Source: Nitrososphaerota archaeon (lineage in GTDB: Archaea > Thermoproteota > Nitrososphaeria > Nitrososphaerales > UBA57). From it: a stretch of 64,000 bases of DNA. The notes below the pieces were generated by a model, which searched no databases, was not told the origin of the DNA, and saw only the letters and a program-made list of their open reading frames with translations. Made by a program: the position numbers and the translations under genes. The stretch is taken from assembly GCA_024860875.1 (NCBI GenBank), contig JACPSZ010000007.1:148218-212217 (forward strand). The letters run 5' to 3'. Below, one piece after another: positions 1-9,620 of the stretch (its first letter is position 1; each line of letters begins with the position of its first letter).

Positions 1-49
1 GCTCTGCTGCTCTTGAAGGAAAAGCTGAGTTTTACCCTTGTATTGCCCC

Positions 50-1447
50 TCATAGTTTTGAGTTAACCTGCTTGACAAACGTTTCAAGTTTTGATATTGG
101 TATCTTGGCTCCAGCAGAGGATCTGGTGCCTCCTCCCCTTCCATTGCACATCTTGGAAGCTTCCTGAAAAATTATGCCAAGGTTGGAGAGCTCCCCGCTT
201 CCTAGCGTCTTCCTAGCTGAAATCTTGAACTGTCCGCTCTCCGTTGCAGTTTTTATTATTAGAACTCTGCCGTGAAACCTTGATATCGAACTCAAGATCG
301 TGGCAAGAGGGCTGAGCATGCTTTCATTTACTATACCATCTCCGGACAGGAGTATTGATTTTGAATATTCAGTAACCCTCTCGTCATCACCCAAGAGAGA
401 TCTTACGCATCTGTTAAGAACACGCCTGTAACTTGCTAGAAGTTCCTCTCCTTCGTGCAGTGATTGATCCCTGTCACCCATGCATATTGCTACTGCAACG
501 CCAGCCTGGCCCATTCTCGAACACGCGTCAAGCAAGATTCCAAACTCTCTCGCGTCATGGAGAGGAGAGTGTTCATCCTCTTTGAGTAGCGTATAGACGG
601 TGCCTATGAGCTGCCCGAGGGCGCTTTCTGCAGTTGAAGAAGTCGTAAGATATGGAAGCAATGCGTCAACAAGTTTCTTCTTTTCATCGGCGGTTAGATC
701 AGCAAGCGTTCTCCAAGTATCCTCCTTTTTTGGAGGTATCCCGCATGACACCAGAGTTGCCAGGCAAGCATCTTTACTTCCCGTAAGGCCGACGATGTAC
801 GGGTACATTGTTGTCGCTATTCCTTCGTAAACAGGCTTTGCATCCCTCCCGTAGAACATCAGGTCTATTGTTGATGCTACTCTTTGGGTTAGCACGTTTT
901 CCAGCGACGCTTTGTTCAAGCCTAGCAGCGAATGGTTTTCTCCTTGATCCTGATGATCTGCCAAGGATGCGACTACCGTGAACCATTCGTTTTCAGATAC
1001 AGAGCGATCTATTTCGCATGCTAGCAGGTATGCCATGGATGTTGTGGTTGCGTCTGCCCCTCCATCAAAGCCGTGCTGGAACGGGTTGAAGACATTTCGG
1101 GACGTAAGTTCGTCATCACTTGTGGAATGATGGTCTATCATGATCCATTTGTCTCCAAGCGTGCTTTTAGTTTCGCTGACCATGCCAGCTCCAATGTCGC
1201 AGAACAGATGTAAATCGTAGTTATCCTCCTTGAGCTGCTGTACGAGATCAGAGCTTGCCTCCGAAACTACCCTGACGACGATCTTGCCCTTTTTGCTCTG
1301 TATTGCCTTTGCAAGGAGTGTTGCTGCGCAGATGCCATCTGCATCATAATTGCAGACTATGATTATCGACTTAGCATCGTTGATTGACTGGAGAACTATA
1401 GTCCCTAGTTCTCTGGCTCTTTGAACGAGGGCCTGCAAGTCTCCCAT
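50..1447 (-). CDS. DHH-family phosphoesterase, RecJ/Cdc45-like (archaeal GAN-type) nuclease
   Basis: 465-aa ORF with DHH-domain motifs (NYDADGICAA, FCDIGAG, IDHH). The C-terminal half is DHHA1-like and contains GRGGGTRSSAG. Confidence 0.7.
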   Translation of the reverse strand: MGDLQALVQRARELGTIVLQSINDAKSIIIVCNYDADGICAATLLAKAIQSKKGKIVVRVVSEASSDLVQQLKEDNYDLHLFCDIGAGMVSETKSTLGDKWIMIDHHSTSDDELTSRNVFNPFQHGFDGGADATTTSMAYLLACEIDRSVSENEWFTVVASLADHQDQGENHSLLGLNKASLENVLTQRVASTIDLMFYGRDAKPVYEGIATTMYPYIVGLTGSKDACLATLVSCGIPPKKEDTWRTLADLTADEKKKLVDALLPYLTTSSTAESALGQLIGTVYTLLKEDEHSPLHDAREFGILLDACSRMGQAGVAVAICMGDRDQSLHEGEELLASYRRVLNRCVRSLLGDDERVTEYSKSILLSGDGIVNESMLSPLATILSSISRFHGRVLIIKTATESGQFKISARKTLGSGELSNLGIIFQEASKMCNGRGGGTRSSAGAKIPISKLETFVKQVNSKL

Positions 1448-1462
1448 CGCATAGGTCTCTTC

Positions 1463-1912
1463 CTACGCAAGTTGGGCAACGACGGCGGAATACTTCCAGT
1501 TCTGCGGAATCGTGCCTTTGCTCTTGTAATATTTGGCCAGTCTGTGAACCTTAGCTTCCAAGAGCTCCAACGATCTAACGTTCTTCCTGTCGCCTTTGTG
1601 AGCCTTCAGATGGCCCTGCAGGTGCTGCGCCCTTCTAAGGAGCCTCTCCAAATCTTCGGGCATGGAGGGGTTCATCTTCTTCTCCTGCAGAACTTCCGCA
1701 ATTGACTTGCCAAGAACGGTCTTTACCAGAGGTACATTGTGTTCGTCGCGTAGCCTCTGCCCTATCTGGCTCGGACCCGTTCCCTCTTTAGCCATCTTGA
1801 CAATCGTGCTCTCGAGCTCGTCAGAGCTCATGCTAACCCAATTCGGAGTCCTTTTTGACGTTGGCCTAGTCGAATGTGACTTGCCGTGTCTGTGAGAATG
1901 CATTCTAGCCAT
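1463..1912 (-). CDS. rps15: 30S ribosomal protein uS15 (S15P/S13e)
   Basis: The ORF track gives 1463..1987. The conserved uS15 sequence starts at the internal Met (MARMHSHRHGKSHSTRP...), which is the ATG at 1912. The C-terminus LEAKVHRLAKYYK is typical of the family. Confidence 0.9.
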   Translation of the reverse strand: MARMHSHRHGKSHSTRPTSKRTPNWVSMSSDELESTIVKMAKEGTGPSQIGQRLRDEHNVPLVKTVLGKSIAEVLQEKKMNPSMPEDLERLLRRAQHLQGHLKAHKGDRKNVRSLELLEAKVHRLAKYYKSKGTIPQNWKYSAVVAQLA

Positions 1913-2220
1913 ACTATTCGCTCTTTGCAGGGCTGATGTTTGCAACATAAAGCTTGCGATTTCTGCAATGCACGTGTCCCTGCACAAAAGATAAGGAGGG
2001 GGTTACAACATAAACCACAATCATAGTAACTAGGGTTACTAACAAACCAGGCCCCCATATTAAACTATAGATGGGGGAGCGATGAAGTGAAAGATAGAAA
2101 CTGATGTTGATAAAGTTGTGTTAATTGTGTGTTAACTTAGCCTCTCATTAATTCCAGTTTCACTGTATTTTCTGAATCTTTCCTTTGCACCCGTGCTGTG
2201 TAAATATAAATGATGATAGA

Positions 2221-3204
2221 TTATTCCTTGCCGTACAGTTTCTTTACTTCTCTGGTTAAGGCTGGGATAACTTCGAACAAGTCTCCGACAATTCCGTAGT
2301 CAGCAAACTTGAAGATAGGAGCTTCAGGGTCTTTGTTTATTGCCACAATTACCTTCGAATTAGCCATGCCGACTTGATGTTGCACAGCTCCGGATATTCC
2401 GCAGGCTACGTACAAATTTGGAGAAACTATCTTCCCGGTCTGTCCTACCTGTTCTGCATGCGGCCTCCAGCCTGCATCGACTGCAGCCCTAGACGCTCCA
2501 ACCGTACCTCCAAGTGCAGTGGCAAGGTCCTCAAGAATTTTGTATCCTTCAGGCCCTTTCATTCCTCTCCCTCCAGAGACTATTACCGAAGCTTCTGAAA
2601 CGTCCTGCTTTTTGGCTTCTGGCTCTTGAATGCCCCTCAGAACCGCTCTCCACTTGCTAGGGTCGATTTGAGGAGTGATTTTTTTGATGGATGGTGCTTT
2701 TGTGCTGACTTCCTCTGTTCTGAAAGTATTTGGCTTCAGGGTTGCAATCTTGGTAGAGCTTGTTATCTTCAATTTCTGCAGGACTTTTCCCGCAAAGACG
2801 GGCCTAGTGGCAATTATCGCATCATCAGTAATTTCTATTGCAAGGCAGTCTGTAGCTAAACCTGCATCGATCTTTGCAGCTATTCTCGGAGCAATGTCTT
2901 TCCCCATGGCAGTCCCTGCAACAAGTATAACCTTGGGCTGCTCCTGCTTAACAACTTCCAAAAACGCATCTCTATAGCCATCAGGAGAATAGTTGGCAAG
3001 TGCATTATGCTGAACCAATATTACGAAATCGGGGCCGAACTTTGAAATTTCATTTACAAGCGAATCTATCTGATTTCCAATTACAAGCGCAGAAACCGTT
3101 GAACCAATTTTCTTTGCCAGCCTTCTGCCTTCGCTTAAGGCTTCCAGCGACGACTGTTTAATTCTACCCTGCCTCTGCTCTACAAATACAAGAACCGAAT
3201 TCAT
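2221..3204 (-). CDS. etfA: Electron transfer flavoprotein alpha subunit
   Basis: 327 aa with ETF-alpha FAD-binding C-terminal signatures (LYVACGISGAVQHQVGM, IVAINKDPEAPIF). It starts 3 nt after etfB. Confidence 0.85.
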   Translation of the reverse strand: MNSVLVFVEQRQGRIKQSSLEALSEGRRLAKKIGSTVSALVIGNQIDSLVNEISKFGPDFVILVQHNALANYSPDGYRDAFLEVVKQEQPKVILVAGTAMGKDIAPRIAAKIDAGLATDCLAIEITDDAIIATRPVFAGKVLQKLKITSSTKIATLKPNTFRTEEVSTKAPSIKKITPQIDPSKWRAVLRGIQEPEAKKQDVSEASVIVSGGRGMKGPEGYKILEDLATALGGTVGASRAAVDAGWRPHAEQVGQTGKIVSPNLYVACGISGAVQHQVGMANSKVIVAINKDPEAPIFKFADYGIVGDLFEVIPALTREVKKLYGKE

Positions 3205-3206
3205 TG

Positions 3207-3959
3207 CTAGATCACCTTTGCCTCTTCCCTAAGCAGTCTGACTAACTCTGGAACTGCTTCCACGCCCTTTCCCACAATCTTGCCCGCCGGCCTTGGAGGT
3301 GGATAGCTTAGCTCAACTGTCTGCATTATCGGAGCAGAGAAATTAGGCTGCTTCGTCGCTATGGGCTTCTTCCTCGCAGCCATAAGCTCTCTCAATTGAG
3401 GATAGCGGACTTCGTGAGGGCCCTTCTCTTGCGTAAATACCACAGGAGGAACGACTTCGTAGACCTCCACTCCTCCCTCTATCTCTCTGTATGCTGTAAT
3501 CTTCCCTCCAGAATATTCATAGTGTGTACATCCTGTTATGCATGGCAGATTTAGAATCTCTGCGACTATAGCTCCAACTTGATGGTTGTCATAATCAACA
3601 GCTTTCTTGCCAAAAAATATCATGTCATAGCTCCCAAGTTTCAGCTCCTCTGCAAGCACTTTTGCAACTGCCAAGCTGTCATTTGGAACATTGTCAGCCT
3701 TGATGTGAACTGCCTTGTCCGCCCCTATCGCAAGAGCCTTGAGCACTATCTGTTGAGCCTTGTCTGGTACCAAAGAAACTAAGGTTATCTCGCTGCCAGC
3801 AACCTGCTCCTTCAGCCTTACGGCTTCTTCGAGCGCATATTCATCGTAGGGGTTTATTACATGCTCTACCCCTGCTGCGTCAATGCTTTTTCCGTCGGGT
3901 GCGATCTTTACCCTGACTGAAGTATCGGGAACTTGCTTTATGCAGACAGCGATCTTCAT
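3207..3959 (-). CDS. etfB: Electron transfer flavoprotein beta subunit
   Basis: 250 aa. The N-terminus MKIAVCIKQVPD and the overall pattern are typical of ETF-beta/FixA. Confidence 0.85.
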   Translation of the reverse strand: MKIAVCIKQVPDTSVRVKIAPDGKSIDAAGVEHVINPYDEYALEEAVRLKEQVAGSEITLVSLVPDKAQQIVLKALAIGADKAVHIKADNVPNDSLAVAKVLAEELKLGSYDMIFFGKKAVDYDNHQVGAIVAEILNLPCITGCTHYEYSGGKITAYREIEGGVEVYEVVPPVVFTQEKGPHEVRYPQLRELMAARKKPIATKQPNFSAPIMQTVELSYPPPRPAGKIVGKGVEAVPELVRLLREEAKVI

Positions 3960-4015
3960 TGTTTAGCCAATTCCCCTAACGTTTGCAAATATAGTATTAA
4001 TCTGCATCGAACTTT

Positions 4016-4183
4016 GGTTCTGTTAACTCCTCAGGAGATCCGAGAATTGACTTCTGATAGACCTAAGGACCCAAAGTGTCAAGCATGTCTGTAGGGCCCC
4101 TATCGTTTTGACTAGGGCACCCCCCTCCTAGGGGGTATAAAAAGCGGATAAACGGGATCCCGAAGAGTTACCCGGGTCCGAAC
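4016..4183. repeat. MITE-like repeat element, copy 1 (imperfect terminal inverted repeats, GC-rich internal palindromes, internal TATA-like box)
   Basis: Aligns along its whole length with 14041..14195: ggttctgNtaactc...gagatccga...gacttctgata...gggcccctatcgtt...tagggc...gggggtataaaaagcg...gagttaNc. The left end ggttctgttaactcctcaggagatcc is inverted at the right end, gggatcccgaagagttacccgggtccgaac. Confidence 0.6.
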
Positions 4184-4231
4184 TTTTTGCACATATATAT
4201 TGCAATGGGGGTCGTCGCATTGCACAAAGAT

Positions 4232-4615
4232 ATGCCTAAAATCAAGATAGAGTTTGAGGGTGTAGGCTCTCTAAACGGAGAGATAGATGAGTCTCTAAAT
4301 CCGAGGACTGCAAATGGGATTATAGATGCACTTCCCATTCAAGGAAAAGCTATGACTTGGGGTGAGGAGATTTACATGATGGTGCCCTTTAAAGTTCCAA
4401 CTGAGATGGCTTCGATAAATGTGAATGTTGGAGACATTGCATACTGGCCTGATAGTCCTGCCATATGTTTCTTTTACGGCAAAACGCTTAGCAGCAAAAG
4501 CGATGCTCCTGAAGCTTTCAGCGCCGTCAATGTCGTTGGCAAGTTCGATGTCAAAAAAGATGTACTGAATGCAGTAAAGAATGGGACAAAAATCACGATA
4601 AAGAAGATTCGCTGA
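4232..4615 (+). CDS. Cyclophilin-like superfamily protein (TM1367-like small domain)
   Basis: The ORF is 4187..4615, with a likely start at MPKIKIEFEG (4232). The pattern ...NPRTANGIIDALPI.G.A..WGEEIYM.VP...GDIAYWPDSPAICFFYG matches this family as I remember it. Confidence 0.5.
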   Translation: MPKIKIEFEGVGSLNGEIDESLNPRTANGIIDALPIQGKAMTWGEEIYMMVPFKVPTEMASINVNVGDIAYWPDSPAICFFYGKTLSSKSDAPEAFSAVNVVGKFDVKKDVLNAVKNGTKITIKKIR

Positions 4616-5864
4616 GGTTTCTGTAGCTCATGTCAAGCAGCTCCGCGATGTGATATACTTTCATAGATTTATTCTTTGCAGTTGAATATTGGATGTAGCA
4701 GGGAGGGTTTGAAGCCACTATTGCTGATGCCCCTGTCTCTGTAATTTCCAGCATTCTTGTATCAAGAATTCTCTCCGCAACATCAGGATGTGTCATCGAA
4801 TAAATCCCCGCAGCTCCGCAGCATTGATCGGGGCTCTTCATCTCTACAAGTTTCAGCCCCGGTATCATCTGGAGAATCTTTCTAGGCTGCTGTTCGATCC
4901 TCTGCCCATGGGCTAGATGGCAGGGGTCTTGATACGTCACCGTTATCTTAACCTCTCCAAGCTCGTCATTAATTGGAATTTCGGCCAAAAACTCGGAAAG
5001 GTCTCTCACTTTGCCGCTAAATTCTTGGGCTTGTTCACTCCAATTCGGATCTTTGGCAAGCAACTTTCCGTATTCTTTCATTGTTGCTCCGCACCCAGCA
5101 GAATTGACGACTAGAGCGTCAAAATCGTGTTTTGAAAATGCCTTGATGTTCTTCTTTGCGAGTTCAAGAGTCCTGTCGAGTGCACCTTCATGTTGATGCA
5201 AAGCTCCGCAACATACTTGCTGTGTTGGAAGAATAACATCACAACCGTTTTTGTTCAGTACCCTTATCGTTGCCCTGTCAATCTCTGCCAATGCTGTGCT
5301 CATTATACATCCAGCTAGCATTGCAACTTTGTATCGTGTATTCCCTTCTGCACGATAAGTCTTCTTTTTGCGATCGAGGTATTCTCCCTGATTTGGCAGG
5401 CTTTGCATTGGCTTTACGAAGTTGGCAAGCCCGAGCTTTTTCATTGCATAATTAGCGCCGGGGAGTTTTGACAGTTTCAACGCTAACCTTACCCTGGCCA
5501 AACTCGAAAACGTAAAGGAAAGCAGGAGCCATCTGGCAATTCTCTCCGATATGCTTCGCTTTGTATTCCTCTCAATCTCCTGTCGTGTAGCATCCATTGC
5601 CAAGCCAAATTCCACGCCAGATGGACAGACGGTTTCGCAGTTCCTGCAGACTAAGCAGAGGGAGAGATGTTCAACTAATCCCTCTGTAATCCCAATCTCG
5701 CCATCCGCGTACGCCTTCATCAGCCTGATTCTTCCTCGGGGAGAATCTGCTTCGATCCCGAGCAACCTGTAAGTCGGACAATTTGGAAGACAGAAACCGC
5801 AATGGACGCATTCCTGCAGTTCGGCATATGCTTCTGCGCTAATCTTCTTTTCCAACTTAATCAC
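4593..5864 (-). CDS. glcF: Glycolate/lactate oxidase iron-sulfur subunit (GlcF-like, 2x[4Fe-4S] plus two CCG domains)
   Basis: 423 aa with ferredoxin-type motifs CVHCGFCLPNCP and CLVCRNCETVCP, and Cys-rich CCG regions (QVCCGA, DQCCGAAG). Confidence 0.8.
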   Translation of the reverse strand: MIKLEKKISAEAYAELQECVHCGFCLPNCPTYRLLGIEADSPRGRIRLMKAYADGEIGITEGLVEHLSLCLVCRNCETVCPSGVEFGLAMDATRQEIERNTKRSISERIARWLLLSFTFSSLARVRLALKLSKLPGANYAMKKLGLANFVKPMQSLPNQGEYLDRKKKTYRAEGNTRYKVAMLAGCIMSTALAEIDRATIRVLNKNGCDVILPTQQVCCGALHQHEGALDRTLELAKKNIKAFSKHDFDALVVNSAGCGATMKEYGKLLAKDPNWSEQAQEFSGKVRDLSEFLAEIPINDELGEVKITVTYQDPCHLAHGQRIEQQPRKILQMIPGLKLVEMKSPDQCCGAAGIYSMTHPDVAERILDTRMLEITETGASAIVASNPPCYIQYSTAKNKSMKVYHIAELLDMSYRNLSESSLS

Positions 5865-5888
5865 TCGGGCAAGAATTAGCTCTATAAA

Positions 5889-7202
5889 CTAAAGGCCGCC
5901 AACAAATCTGCCAGATGAAAGAATTGAATTGGGATCAAACTTATGCTTTATGCTCTTCATCAAGAAAAATGCAGGAGGCACAGTTCCCCATGCCTCGAAA
6001 TGTTCCTTCAGCGCCTTTGGTGCAGTTTCGATAGTAAGGTTTCCTCCGACCTCCTCGCAGTGCTTCCTTAAGTCAAGGAGTTTCTTGGCAAGAAGCTGGT
6101 AATCTGGATGTTGCAGGTCTCTCTGGAGGGAAAAGTGCAATAGCCCGACAGATAGTTCTGCATGTATTTTTGGCACATAAAACGGCATAGCCTCTTCCAC
6201 TTTCCCTATGGCCTCAAAGATCGTGTTTCTTGGCACGCTGACCTTGAATGAAACTGTCCTCTTCTCTGAAACTTTTTCAATGAAACTCTCCCAGAACCCA
6301 GAACTCCCCTCCCGCAGCAGAACTTCTGTTTTGTGCCCAAAAGCCAGTTTCTCTGCCTCTCTAGCTTGATTGGTAACCGAAGGGTGAGAACCGAAGAACC
6401 TTAACGCTATGCAATACGAATATTCTACGACTTCTCTGGGAACGTATTTCGATAAAGCAGTGAAAACCTCCCCGTTGAGTAATTCGAATGCCACTGGAGA
6501 AGTCCCTACAGAGAGCAATTTTTTCGTATACTGCTGTATTCCATCAATTTCGTTGACAAAGATCAAAAGTGTACTCTCGCTTTCTGGAACAGGGTAGACT
6601 TTCAGATTCGCTTCAAGTATGCACCCAAGAGTTCCAATTGCTCCTATGTAGAGCTTCGTCAGATCATAACCAGCGACATTCTTTACAACCTTGCCGCCAG
6701 CTTTTGAAATTCTCCCATCTGCATGCGCAACCTTTACGCCGAGAAGGAAGTTTTTCACTGATCCATAACTTGCTGCCAACGGGCCTGTAGAATTTGTTGA
6801 AATAATACCTCCGACTGTCGCTTCGAGAAACAGAGGGTCTAGCGGTATGAACTGGTTTTTCTTTGCAAGTATTTTTTTGAGATCCTTGAGCTTTATTCCT
6901 GCCTGCACCGAGACTGTAAGGTCTTCTGGGACATAGTCGAGACATTTGGGAAAATATTTCGCAAGTATTATTGCAGCCAATTTTGTGAGAACATTTCCCA
7001 TAGAAATTTTTGTGCCTGAACCTTGAAAGCAGACTGCAACCTTGTTGCTATCTGCAATCTGCAAAGCGTTAGTCATGGATTCATAGTCTTTAGGCGCAAG
7101 AACCGAATGTGGCTTCAAGCCGTCTATGGAATACTTCTTTGTGTCTACGCTTTCGCAGTTTGGAACATGTGAAAACATTTCTGCAATGGCATCTGCTTTC
7201 AA
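5889..7202 (-). CDS. glcE: FAD-binding oxidoreductase, GlcE-like subunit
   Basis: 437 aa with a PCMH-type FAD-binding domain pattern (GSGTK..., VVKNVAGYDLTKL). It lies between the glcD-like and glcF-like genes. Confidence 0.65.
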   Translation of the reverse strand: MKADAIAEMFSHVPNCESVDTKKYSIDGLKPHSVLAPKDYESMTNALQIADSNKVAVCFQGSGTKISMGNVLTKLAAIILAKYFPKCLDYVPEDLTVSVQAGIKLKDLKKILAKKNQFIPLDPLFLEATVGGIISTNSTGPLAASYGSVKNFLLGVKVAHADGRISKAGGKVVKNVAGYDLTKLYIGAIGTLGCILEANLKVYPVPESESTLLIFVNEIDGIQQYTKKLLSVGTSPVAFELLNGEVFTALSKYVPREVVEYSYCIALRFFGSHPSVTNQAREAEKLAFGHKTEVLLREGSSGFWESFIEKVSEKRTVSFKVSVPRNTIFEAIGKVEEAMPFYVPKIHAELSVGLLHFSLQRDLQHPDYQLLAKKLLDLRKHCEEVGGNLTIETAPKALKEHFEAWGTVPPAFFLMKSIKHKFDPNSILSSGRFVGGL

Positions 7203-7206
7203 AATA

Positions 7207-8637
7207 TCATTTCTCTATCTTTGGACTCGGAAATAGCTCAGCACATCTGCTCCCGAATGGGAGCGTCTTGCATGGGTTGCACAGTCTTTCTGGATCAAAC
7301 GTTTCCTTAACCTTCATCATCATATCAAGGTCAACTCCATTGAAGATCATTGGCATCAGATCCCTCTTTTCTATGCCGATGCCATGCTCCCCAGTTATCG
7401 TCCCTCCTACATCGACACAAATCTTCAGGGTTTCTCCGCTTGCTCTTACTGCCTTTTCAGTTTCGCCCTTTGCGGCATCGTAAATTATCAGAGGGTGCAG
7501 ATTGCCATCTCCAGCGTGGAATACGTTAGCAATTTTCAGTGAATAGTGGTTGCTTATCTGGTAAATCTTTGCAAGTATTTCGGGAAGTTTCGTCCTCGGT
7601 ATTACTCCATCTTGCACAATGTAGTTTGGCCCAAGCCTCCCCATAGACGCAAAGGCACCTTTTCTCCCCGCCCATAGCTTCTTCCTCTCATGTTCATCTG
7701 CAGCAACTTTTACCTGCTTTGCACTATTTGCCCTGCATATCTTGAGAACCTTGCCAATCCCATCTTCAACATCTTCTATTCTTCCATCGACTTCGACAAG
7801 CAAAACCGCACCAGCGTCCCTCGGGTATCCAGCAGCATGAATCGAATCTTCGACGGCACCAATTACCAAGTCGTCCATCATTTCTACTGCTGAAGGGAGA
7901 ACTCCTGCTGCTATGATGTTGGAAACTGTTCTACTCGCATCTTCTGGAGTTTCGAAAGATGCCATCATAGTACGAACATCTTGCGGCTTTGGAATAATCT
8001 TCAGCAGAGCTTTTGTTACTATGGCTAGAGTTCCATCAGAACCAGCCAATAAGGAAAGAAGGTCGTAGCCGATTCTGTCAGGTGCTTTGCTCCCCAGCCA
8101 GAAAATTTCTCCATTAGCAAGGATAATTTCTGCTGCAACAAGGTTGTGTGTCGTTACTCCATACTTCAGCGTATGGGGCCCTCCCGAATTGTGTGAGATA
8201 TTGCCTCCGATCGTGCAGACTAGCTGACTGGAAGGATCTGGAGCATAGAAATAACCTGAAGCAGCTACTTTTTCACTGATAGACAAGTTTGCAGTTCCCG
8301 CTTCAACAAGTACCAGTCCATTCTCCAAATCTACTTCAAGAATGTGATTCATCAGGGCAAATTCGATTATTACCCCTCCTTCTGTGGGTATAGTGCCTCC
8401 GCTAAGGCTCGTCCCCGCCCCTCTGGCAATGAAAGGAACCTTATGCTTGTTACATAGGGCAACGATCTTTGCAACTTGCTCCGTCGTTCTAGGAAGAACT
8501 GCTGCAGAAGCCCTTCCCTTGTATATCGTCAGCCCATCCTGGTCGTAGACGAGCAGCTCCTCAGGCCTTGTGAGCAGCGAAGTTGGTTCTACTATTGCTT
8601 TGAGCTCCTGCAGAAATTCGGGCGAGAGTTCTTTCAT
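7207..8637 (-). CDS. glcD: FAD-linked oxidase, GlcD / D-lactate dehydrogenase family
   Basis: 476 aa. The N-terminus is FAD_binding_4-like (ARGAGTSLSGG, GGNISHNSGGP) and the C-terminus is the FAD-oxidase domain (GTITGEHGIGIEK). Confidence 0.85.
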   Translation of the reverse strand: MKELSPEFLQELKAIVEPTSLLTRPEELLVYDQDGLTIYKGRASAAVLPRTTEQVAKIVALCNKHKVPFIARGAGTSLSGGTIPTEGGVIIEFALMNHILEVDLENGLVLVEAGTANLSISEKVAASGYFYAPDPSSQLVCTIGGNISHNSGGPHTLKYGVTTHNLVAAEIILANGEIFWLGSKAPDRIGYDLLSLLAGSDGTLAIVTKALLKIIPKPQDVRTMMASFETPEDASRTVSNIIAAGVLPSAVEMMDDLVIGAVEDSIHAAGYPRDAGAVLLVEVDGRIEDVEDGIGKVLKICRANSAKQVKVAADEHERKKLWAGRKGAFASMGRLGPNYIVQDGVIPRTKLPEILAKIYQISNHYSLKIANVFHAGDGNLHPLIIYDAAKGETEKAVRASGETLKICVDVGGTITGEHGIGIEKRDLMPMIFNGVDLDMMMKVKETFDPERLCNPCKTLPFGSRCAELFPSPKIEK

Positions 8638-8646
8638 TGCCGAAAC

Positions 8647-9363
8647 CTACACTATGGCATCAAGAGTCATACTCCGCAACTTATGCAGTCGTTGGACATC
8701 AGATTCGTCGCAGACATCCAAGTATTTGCTTAACATCCTCAAAAGCACCCCTGCCTCTTCATCAGTAAGAATAATTTCAGGCAAATCGAGCTGGCTTGCG
8801 GAAAGTACCTTGCTTGCCAAATTGGCAGAGTCTTCCTTGCTGCTATGCTCGACAACCTTCTCGAGCAGTTCCATATCTTTGCCTAATTGGAGCGTGATAG
8901 GCTCTTCTTCGAAATCCCCTTCCTGTATAGGCTTTCTGCCCGTGAATCCAGATTCTAGAGTGTGCCAGTAAGCTACCTTGCGCTCTCCTAGCTTCCAGCA
9001 CAGAAGTACTTGCTTTCCATCTCTTATTGCGGGAAAGTCTATCAGTCCGTGTTCAAGGCTCTTCACTTGGCATCCAATACTTTCGATTTCTTCGAGAACA
9101 TGTTTTGATGCATCTATGATCTTTGCACGCTCCGCACCCTCAACTTCTGCAGCCTTGGAACTATGCTGAATAACTTTCGTGAGGAGTTCTTCTATCCTTC
9201 CGACCGCTCTGTTGGCCTTCCTCGGCGTAAAAAACTCCAAGATTCCTCGTCCCAAGGTTCCATGCTCATTCTTTTTTACGTTGCTCATCAGGTATAACTC
9301 GTTCAAAATACACATATGCGAGAAGAGATGCGACTGCAATTGCTGAACCGATAACGAATTCAT
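8647..9363 (-). CDS. Hypothetical protein with DUF2203-like N-terminal domain
   Basis: The segment FTPRKANRAVGRIEELL...GCQVKSLEHGLIDFPAIRDGKQVLLCWKLGERKVAYWHTLESGFTGRKPI resembles DUF2203. The true start may be the internal Met at 9288. Confidence 0.5.
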   Translation of the reverse strand: MNSLSVQQLQSHLFSHMCILNELYLMSNVKKNEHGTLGRGILEFFTPRKANRAVGRIEELLTKVIQHSSKAAEVEGAERAKIIDASKHVLEEIESIGCQVKSLEHGLIDFPAIRDGKQVLLCWKLGERKVAYWHTLESGFTGRKPIQEGDFEEEPITLQLGKDMELLEKVVEHSSKEDSANLASKVLSASQLDLPEIILTDEEAGVLLRMLSKYLDVCDESDVQRLHKLRSMTLDAIV

Positions 9364-9383
9364 CTGAAAGCTCTACCATACAT

Positions 9384-9620
9384 CTAGCCTAACTCTTTTA
9401 CCTTCCCAAACACTCTCTTGCCTTTATCGGTTATCAAGAACACTTTTGCCATCCTGACATTCGGAGTCATACACACAATTAGTTCTTTAGATTCTAGCTC
9501 ACGTAATCCTCTGCTAACATGCGAGCGACTTATCTTCAGCTCGCTAGCTAGGACACTCGGTATCTTGGGCTGGAATGCTTGCTGGAGGGGCGTCGTGGAT
9601 TTTTGGAGAAGATGTAGATG
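9384..9620 (-). pseudogene. Winged-helix DNA-binding protein frame with no usable start codon (possible frameshifted gene)
   Basis: A 78-codon open frame encodes ...PLQQAFQPKIPSVLASELKISRSHVSRGLRELESKELIVCMTPNVRMAKVFLITDKGKRVFGKVKELG*. There is no ATG, GTG or TTG upstream of the HTH in this frame. Two TAGs lie just upstream, and ATGs exist only in other arrangements (9699 in another frame). Confidence 0.35.

Noticed and set aside
1913-1987. The N-terminal 25-codon extension of the uS15 ORF given by the ORF track
   Set aside because: The conserved uS15 sequence begins at the internal MARMHSHRHGK. The extension (MCRDTCIAEIASFMLQTSALQRANS) has no counterpart in the family.
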